In this document: one piece after another, positions 36,827-44,100 of the stretch
Layout of the letters: each line of letters starts with the position of its first letter
Numbering within the stretch: the first letter of the stretch is position 1
Virus record (IMG/VR): IMGVR_UViG_3300025389_000011
Length of the DNA stretch: 64,000 bases
Origin: a virus
Taxonomy: Duplodnaviria; Caudoviricetes
Strand: one strand, 5' to 3'
Position numbers and translations under genes: made by a program
Notes under the pieces: generated by a model
Databases searched by the model: none
Seen by the model: the letters and a program-made list of their open reading frames with translations, nothing else
What the model was told of the DNA's origin: nothing

Positions 36827-36905
36827 GTTTTTAATTCCTTTTTAAAACGTTATTATAATTTTTATTATCTAAGATGTATGTGATTGTAGTCACAAAGATT
36901 GAAAG

Positions 36906-36929
36906 AAAGCCCACATATAAGTGGGCTTT
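36906..36929 (-). terminator. Intrinsic terminator closing the tmRNA transcript
   Basis: AAAGCCCAC/GTGGGCTTT 9-bp stem followed by CTTTC on minus strand. Confidence 0.8.
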
Positions 36930-37090
36930 GGTATTTTCTGTTTCGAGGTATATCCTACCCAATAGTGGCTTACGCCGCTAAAGAATAAACGCTATCGTTT
37001 GCATTTATAAGTTTTGCTTGATTTACGGTCATCGCCTACCGAGTTGTCCATTTACGTACTTATCACCCTGTCGAAACCAAGTCAGGCCCA

Positions 37091-37213
37091 TCAAAAATTA
37101 TCATTCCATAGCTGTTCTAATTCAGGATCTACTGGGCCATGATCGGCAACAAGTGCCCATACATTTACTACTACCCAGATAATACCTATTGAATAAAACC
37201 AATGCCATTCCAT
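37091..37213 (-). CDS. 40-aa membrane microprotein inside the tmRNA intervening sequence: MEWHWFYSIGIIWVVVNVWALVADHGPVDPELEQLWNDNF
   Basis: ATG at 37213, TGA at 37093-37091, AAAGG RBS 6 nt upstream directly after the CCA; occupies 123 of 135 IVS nt. Confidence 0.7.
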   Translation of the reverse strand: MEWHWFYSIGIIWVVVNVWALVADHGPVDPELEQLWNDNF

Positions 37214-37295
37214 ATAATACCTTTTGGTGGACCTGGCGGGAGTCGAACCCGCGTCCAGAATGCCTTTCGGCTCACTTCATACAACAATAACTCTC

Positions 37296-37324
37296 AGTAT
37301 ATATTTATTTGATAATACTGTCAA
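37296..37324 (-). promoter_or_regulatory. tmRNA promoter: sigma70 consensus with embedded TAAATA
   Basis: TTGACA (37324-37319)-17 nt-TATACT (37301-37296); TAAATA at 37307-37302. Confidence 0.8.
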
Positions 37325-37490
37325 TAACGGATTTACCCGTTATTTTACGGCTTCTGTATGCTTACCGTCAAGACTTTTTTTCAATAACTTAAACCAAAGT
37401 TTTTTAACTTTTTCTAAATTATGTTCAAACTCAGCCTTGTTGAGTTTCATGATTAGTTTTTTAACTTTCATAATAAACCCTCCTTGACTA

Positions 37491-38078
37491 TTATTTATTC
37501 GCTAGGGGATTGTCTACAGCTTTTTGAATTTTAGCATCAACTTCTTTCTTTAATGCTACCATTTCACGGTCAATGTCTTTACGCATTTGAGCATTTTCTT
37601 GGCGCATTGCTTGAAGTTCTGCACGTTCTTTATCCAAATCTTCACGAACACCTTTACGCAAGTCACGCATTTCGGCGTCACTTTCACGGTTTGCATCCTT
37701 AACATAACGTTCAACTTGTTCAGTAACAGTTTCAGTTCTACGGATATCACCTTTTAAATCATTCTTGATGTCACGTGTATAGTCAGAAGTTTTTTCGCTA
37801 TTTTGTTCAATAACGGCTAGTCGTTTATCAAATTCACTTAAGTCTGGTGCTACATATTTGGCAATTTTATTTTTCATGTCCATATAGTCTTTGTACACCT
37901 CAAAACAACCATATAGTCCGCCCAATATAGAACTTACCAAGGTAAATGCTACCATTAGTTTTGCCGGAGTAAATTCATATCCACCAATACTAATAACAGT
38001 ATCTTTACTTGCGTATTTTTTTACAGCTTCTTCTGCTTGGTCAATTTTTTCATTGACATCTTTAATTTCTTCTGTCAT
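37491..38078 (-). CDS. Single-TM coiled-coil protein
   Basis: TM LMVAFTLVSSILGGLYG followed by a long heptad region. Confidence 0.75.
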   Translation of the reverse strand: MTEEIKDVNEKIDQAEEAVKKYASKDTVISIGGYEFTPAKLMVAFTLVSSILGGLYGCFEVYKDYMDMKNKIAKYVAPDLSEFDKRLAVIEQNSEKTSDYTRDIKNDLKGDIRRTETVTEQVERYVKDANRESDAEMRDLRKGVREDLDKERAELQAMRQENAQMRKDIDREMVALKKEVDAKIQKAVDNPLANK

Positions 38079-38079
38079 A

Positions 38080-40002
38080 TTATTTTCCTTTATATTGCTG
38101 GTCTACCATCTCTTGATGTAGTCTGTCGCTTGATAACTGTCTTAATGCTCTTACGTTATCAATCGTTGTTTGATTTTTATAAATTTCTTTTGGTTCATAA
38201 AAAGCCGCATCTTTCAAACTAAACCCATACATATCGTATCCAGCTGGTTGTGTTGCCATTAATGCTATACTTACACCATTGGCTGCTAAATCATTTGGTT
38301 CAACATTCTTTTTAACTGTATCTGTCTTTTGTTCTACTGTTGTAGTTTGTATTTCGGGTCTAACTTGATTAATGGGATCAGTAGGATCACCTGCTAATTT
38401 TGAAGTAGCAGTTGCACTTGATGTTAATGTAGGTGAAACTAAATTTAATGCACCTAAATCTGATTTTAATTGCATAGCCTGTAACGATAATGCTTGTTGC
38501 TGTTGCGTTTGTTGTACTGCTTGTTGTGTACTTTGTTGTTGGTTAGCAAAAACTAGTGGTTGTGAACTTAATGCAGTACTTGTACTTGCAGTTACTGGTC
38601 CTAAATTTTTACTTGTAATACTATTATTCACTACAGAATTTTGTGCCTTATAAGGGTTTAGTGCATCTACAGTTGAACCCTGTGCTTGTGACTGTGATGA
38701 AGTATCTTGCGTTGTGGCATTAACTGAATTTTGTGCATTCATGTTGTCTAAGATTTGCATTGCCAAATCTTGTTGTTTGTTGTTCGAACCCGGTTGGCCA
38801 GGCTGTTGAGGACCGGGTTTATTTTCATTTGTACCCCCTGGCTGAGGGCCAGTCTTTTGCTGTTGATTTTGTTGTGTATTAGTAGTTGCTTTAGCTTGTT
38901 GTGCAGATGTTTGTTGGCTAGATCCTGTTTTAGCTTGTTGTGTAACTGATTGTTGATTATTTGCAGAACCTGCTTGTTGTACAGGACTATTACTTGGACC
39001 CACAATAGGTCCAGCTGGTGTTGGCTGTGATTGTGTAGTTGTCGTTTGTGATTGCTGTGTAGTTTGTGTGCTACTTGTATTACTAGAATTACTATTTGAA
39101 ACAATTGCAGGAACACTATTACCTAAAGTATTGATATTTCCTGTACCAGAAATGCTTACACTTCCCACTGTTTGTGAGCCTGTGGATTTATTATCTGTAC
39201 TACTTGTGTCTGTTGTTGCGGCAGCTGTAAAAGTTGCAGTTGATTGGCTGGCAGCTTGTGTTGCTTGATTAGAGACTGTTGTTCCGGGATTAACAGTACC
39301 ACTAGATGAAGTTTCTGCTATACCGTAATTCAAACTTAAACTAGGGTCACGTACTCTTGGACCATAATAACCTGCCCAATATCTATCATCTTGGCCCGCA
39401 AATGCTACAGTTAAACTTCCTAAACTACTTGCTGAATAAATTGAATTAAAATTTTGTGTTCCTGAAATTGTTTGGAAATTATAATTTCCAGTTAGATTCA
39501 TTTTGTAGCTTTCTAACACGCTACCTGTGTTACTGGTTAACCCATAACCGGCATATAAAGTACCTGAAGTTTGCCCCTCATTATCAACAATAAAACTATA
39601 ATTAAATCCACTCACATAAATATTATTTCCTTTACCTGCTAATGCCGTACTGATTGCAATTGCTTGTTGTGCTATACCAAACCCATAACTAAAACGTATA
39701 GTGTTAGTATCTTGGTTCATAGCTGGATTAGGTCCACCACTACAACATTGACCTACCCCTGCATTATTAGTATACGTAATGCCGGACCATCCTGTTTTGT
39801 TGATAAGATTATCTGTAGTTGCCGTACTACTTAGAACCGGTGTTATTGATGAGGTATTTTGCCCAGTAACATTTGAAGTGGTATTTACCACTCCAGTGGT
39901 TAAATCAACTAGTACTTGGCTATTAGAATAACTTGTACACAAGAGCACCAAGCAAAGCGCCAAGGCCAATCTTTTCATAAGTGTCATCCTTTTTCGCCTC
40001 AT
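38080..40002 (-). CDS. Secreted protein with beta-sandwich-like N-domain and Q/T/S-rich linker
   Basis: Signal peptide LALALCLVLLC, low-complexity middle, conserved-looking C-terminal FY.PKEIYKNQ. Confidence 0.75.
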   Translation of the reverse strand: MRRKRMTLMKRLALALCLVLLCTSYSNSQVLVDLTTGVVNTTSNVTGQNTSSITPVLSSTATTDNLINKTGWSGITYTNNAGVGQCCSGGPNPAMNQDTNTIRFSYGFGIAQQAIAISTALAGKGNNIYVSGFNYSFIVDNEGQTSGTLYAGYGLTSNTGSVLESYKMNLTGNYNFQTISGTQNFNSIYSASSLGSLTVAFAGQDDRYWAGYYGPRVRDPSLSLNYGIAETSSSGTVNPGTTVSNQATQAASQSTATFTAAATTDTSSTDNKSTGSQTVGSVSISGTGNINTLGNSVPAIVSNSNSSNTSSTQTTQQSQTTTTQSQPTPAGPIVGPSNSPVQQAGSANNQQSVTQQAKTGSSQQTSAQQAKATTNTQQNQQQKTGPQPGGTNENKPGPQQPGQPGSNNKQQDLAMQILDNMNAQNSVNATTQDTSSQSQAQGSTVDALNPYKAQNSVVNNSITSKNLGPVTASTSTALSSQPLVFANQQQSTQQAVQQTQQQQALSLQAMQLKSDLGALNLVSPTLTSSATATSKLAGDPTDPINQVRPEIQTTTVEQKTDTVKKNVEPNDLAANGVSIALMATQPAGYDMYGFSLKDAAFYEPKEIYKNQTTIDNVRALRQLSSDRLHQEMVDQQYKGK

Positions 40003-41050
40003 CTAATTTTGGCATCTTTTGAGAATTTTCTTCCCAAGCTGCCTTAGCCTGTTCACCAATCTTACCTTCGTATGGGCAAGGTGTACCTGCCTGCATCATA
40101 GCATCAAACACACGACGGTCTTGACACATAGTAGCAACTGCGGCAACTTTCATACCCATGTCATATAGTGTTTTAGATAATTTTAATCTTTCACAATTCA
40201 TATCACGAACTGTGCCACCACTACTTACCCCAAATACTTGTGTTTGTACTGAACCAGATGAACCAGTTGTACACAAATCTTGATTACCACCGCTCATCAT
40301 AGCAGGGGCAACTGCTGTTGGTGGAGGTTGAATCACACGTTGTGTAATATCACTTGTATTGATATTGTTGTTAGTCATACTACCACTTTGTATATTTTGA
40401 TTAACATTATTGTTACTACTACTTGTGGTAGCAGTTGTTTGGTTAATGTTATTGTTTGTAGCAGTAGTTGTATTAACGTTGTTGTTATTGTTTGTTAATG
40501 TGCCACTTTGTACATTATTGTTATTATAAGTCATAGTACCGCTGTTAACATTGTTATTTGTATTAACGTTAGTACTCGTTGATGCTGAAGTATTAACGTT
40601 ATTATTGTTATTAGTCATTGTACCATAGTTATAATTTGTGTTAGTAGCAGTACTAGTACTTGTATTAACGTTATTGTTATTGTTCGTCATGGTACCTGTA
40701 TTGACATTGTTATTATTATATGTCATAGTACCAGAGTTAACGTTATTATTGTTATACGTCATTGTACCCGTATTAACATTATTGTTGTTATTGGTATTTG
40801 TTGCCGTTGAGGTACTAACATTGTTATTATTGTTAGTATTCGTAGACGTTTGATTTGCGTTAACCGTAGTTTGGTTAACGTTAGTAACAGTTCCACTATT
40901 AATTGTGTTTACTGTACTAGTACTTGTGCTGTTACTATCTACTAATGAACTAGTAGTATACCCACCCTGATTAATCAAGGTGTCTGCAAAAACATATGGC
41001 CCACACAGGTAAGCAAGGAGTATCCCCCCTGCGAGAATTCTTTTTATCAT
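39923..41050 (-). CDS. Secreted Asn/Thr repeat protein with Cys-containing C-domain
   Basis: Signal peptide, about 10 T(M/L)TxNNNNVN(S/T)G-type repeats, C-domain CERLKLSK..AA...MCQD..CP; TAAATA at 41092-41097. Confidence 0.8.
   Translation of the reverse strand: MIKRILAGGILLAYLCGPYVFADTLINQGGYTTSSLVDSNSTSTSTVNTINSGTVTNVNQTTVNANQTSTNTNNNNNVSTSTATNTNNNNNVNTGTMTYNNNNVNSGTMTYNNNNVNTGTMTNNNNNVNTSTSTATNTNYNYGTMTNNNNNVNTSASTSTNVNTNNNVNSGTMTYNNNNVQSGTLTNNNNNVNTTTATNNNINQTTATTSSSNNNVNQNIQSGSMTNNNINTSDITQRVIQPPPTAVAPAMMSGGNQDLCTTGSSGSVQTQVFGVSSGGTVRDMNCERLKLSKTLYDMGMKVAAVATMCQDRRVFDAMMQAGTPCPYEGKIGEQAKAAWEENSQKMPKLDEAKKDDTYEKIGLGALLGALVYKLF
40420..40870. repeat. Coding low-complexity repeat (AAT/AAC-rich Asn runs)
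   Basis: Recurrent ttattattgtt/gttattg units corresponding to NNNNVN. Confidence 0.7.
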
Positions 41051-41118
41051 AACTGATCCTCTCTAATGGTTGTTTAATACAACTCTAAGAGTATTTATCA
41101 GTCATTAGAGAAAAACCG

Positions 41119-44100
41119 TTATAAATCAATACTTTGTTGATAAATGTTAAATAACCATTCCCAGTCGTAACTTAACATTAATTTTTGCAAGTCTCCGCCC
41201 ACTGAGTCATAGTAATCCATAGCATCATGTGCGCCTTTTTTGCTTTCTTCACCAAAATTACCGTTACCAATATTTAACCAAGCATGTAAACGTTCTTTAT
41301 TTTCATCAGTGCCACTATGTCTTAGTTTGATTGTTTCACGGAAAGCAGTACGCCAAGTGTCCCATGCGCTAGAATTATACATAGCGATACCACAGTTTAA
41401 TGGGACTACTTCGTGTTCACTATCCAATGTAAAGTCTAACCCTCTTACTTTGGTGTTAAGAGTTAATATTTTATTGTTAGCAACAATAGCTTGGTGACCA
41501 TATTCTAATCCATTTACGGGATTAGTTGCATTAAAGATATAGTGTTTTGGTATTTGTAACCTGTCAGGCTGCCAACTAAAATCAAATGTTTTATTCACTT
41601 TTAATTTTGCGTTAACTAAGAAATACCATGGTGTTGATGAGTTATACGCCGCAGTATGTTGACTAAGTACACGACCTTTAATATTGTCCAAACGTATTAC
41701 TTTATTACCTAAGTTTTTAGTAACACTTAACAAATGCTCATAATTTGCATCAGCACATGCTTCACCATTACTTAAAAAGATAATATCTAACGGATTAGAT
41801 TTTAATAACTTAGGTGACCTAGTGATATAAGGATAATCATATAACTCACGCTCAACATAATTTTTAGCCTCACTAGGGACTGTAATTCTAGTGCCGCCAG
41901 TACTTTTAATAACAATGTTTTTGTGGTCAGGTGCCCATAAACTTATAGGTTCATTTTCATCTTTTAGATTGATTAAGTTTTCATTATCACCTGTAATAAA
42001 CTCTGCATACGGAAATGTAAAGTCATAGTTAGACAACTCAACGTGGGTATCTTCTTTTACCAATATAACTGGAGCAGATAGTCGTTTAACACGTTGATGT
42101 TGATTGAAGTTAACTTTTTCATAATCCTCTAGTCTAATCATATCATTAACAAGACTTAAAAATTTATTAACATCTACTAAGAACGTATCACCAAACTTTT
42201 GCTTGTCGCTAGGGAACACATGCAGTTGATCCTTAGCATATGGATCGCAAATATAACTAAAATCAAAATCTTTATAGTCACAAATGCTACTGCAAATCCA
42301 AACATAATGTTCTTTTTTAGTTTCTAATGTCTTTAAATAGTTTTTAAGTGTCTGTAAGTAACTGTTATCAAACTTAATGATAGTTGTTGGCTTAAGAGTT
42401 TTTTCAACGATAGTGTCATTTACAGCCCTGAATTCTTTTTTAAAGTTTCCATGATTACCATGGTCTATTAACACAACATCATACAAACAATCAGTGGCTA
42501 CTGCTATTTTCTTTTTAACAAAATTCAATACATTCAAGTGTTCAATCACTTTTACATATTTTGTATCTTCAGGGAATGTTTCTTTGTTTACCATGAATGT
42601 AGTTCCCCAATGACTCCATTGAGTTCCAAATACATGCACCATTTTCATTTGCCATGGGCTAGGATAAAAGTCAAATTGAAAATCAGTATAGTCTAACTCG
42701 CTGTTCAATATCCAACATAAATTGGTTTCCGATTTAGTTAAACAACGAGTGATGGTGTCTACCCAGCTGTTTAAATAACGTGTTTTTTGAATTTGCGGAT
42801 ATCTTAATTTGAGTGCGTTATATCTGTTTGTTGACTCAAGATTACCCCTATCCACAAAGAACATACTTAAGTTACTATCAATTTCTACTGTTTGACTGTC
42901 AACGTAATTATATTCACGGTGACCTAACATGTACATAGGAGCGTTAACATAGTATGTCTGTGTGTTCATACTATATTCATTACCAAATACATTTATGTGT
43001 AGAAAGTTTTCTTCGTTAGGTCTCCAACTAAAGTCAAACTTATCGTAACTTAAGTCAGGATTGATAGCCCAAAACACCTCATCTTGATGCTCATTAATTA
43101 AATCCTCAAGTGTTGTTTTAATCTTGTAATGTTTTACAATACTACGTGTGATTTCTTCAGTACGTTTCATAAAAACAACTTCGGCATCTTTTAGTACGTC
43201 AGGGTCTGCGTATCTGGGTCCGTTATCTTCCCACTGATAAATTTGCAACGGGCTATGTGGATTGGGTCTCCAACTAAAATCAAACGTTTCTAAATCATCA
43301 TTGTTACTAATATGCCAATACTTTAAGTCTGGTCTTGGTGTAGCTACAATATCTTTAATGTACTTGAATTCTGTAGCACCCTCTACATAGTATTCTAATG
43401 TGGCTTCAACTGTGGCGTCATTCCATTTGTTTCCAAACACATAGATATAAGGAGGATCCATTGGATCAGGTCTCCAACTATAATCAAAACTTTCTACAGG
43501 AATTAATGTTTTCCATTTGCTCATGTCAGGCAACGTTGATGCTACTTTGTCATGCATGTATTTCTTTTCAGTAGCACCTGGGCAATGATACTCTACTGTT
43601 GGTTCAAATTCTGCGCTGTTAAACTTATTACCCCATACATAAATGAATGCTGGTTCACGTGGGTCAGGTCTCCACTTAAAGTCAAAACTATTTTTATTTA
43701 CTGGAATAAGAATATTCCATTTATCCCATTCAGGTTGCACATCAACTTCACCGATATACTTGCGTTCAGTAGCGCCCGGGCAATGATACTCTAATGTAGC
43801 CTGTAACTCAGCGTTGATATATTTGTTACCCCACACATAGATGTAATCAGGCTCACGTGGATCTGGTCTCCAACTAAAATCAAAATTTTCTACGTTTTGT
43901 AGTATCTTCCAATTTTCTATAATAGGCAATACTTCAGCAGGTTCTGCCATGTATTTCTTTTCAGTAGCACCGGGGCAACGATATTCTATTGTTGGTTGTA
44001 GTTCTCCAGCAATCCATTTGTTACCCCATACATAAATGTATGCTGGTTCTCTTGGATCAGGTCTCCAACTCATATCAAACTTGTTTCTGTCTACAGGTTG

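Larger units (their letters stand above)
36905..37289 (-). ncRNA. ssrA: Circularly permuted (two-piece) tmRNA: acceptor piece about 37289-37225, intervening sequence 37224-37090, coding piece from 37089
   Basis: T-arm GCGGG-TTCGACT-CCCGC plus CAGGTCC-A-CCA lies upstream of GGGCCTG-ACTTGGTTTCGAC; 7-bp acceptor stem with G3:U70; tag frame GCA-AAC-GAT-AGC-GTT-TAT-TCT-TTA-GCG-GCG-TAA (ANDSVYSLAA) at 37002-36970. Confidence 0.93.

Noticed and set aside
37225-37260. Stand-alone tRNA
   Set aside because: No D-arm or anticodon arm upstream; the matching 5' acceptor strand lies downstream at 37089-37083 together with a tag frame, so it is tmRNA
37224-37487. Plus-strand ORF MVDLAGVEPASR...
   Set aside because: It is the antisense reading of the tmRNA T-arm and promoter, a typical spurious call
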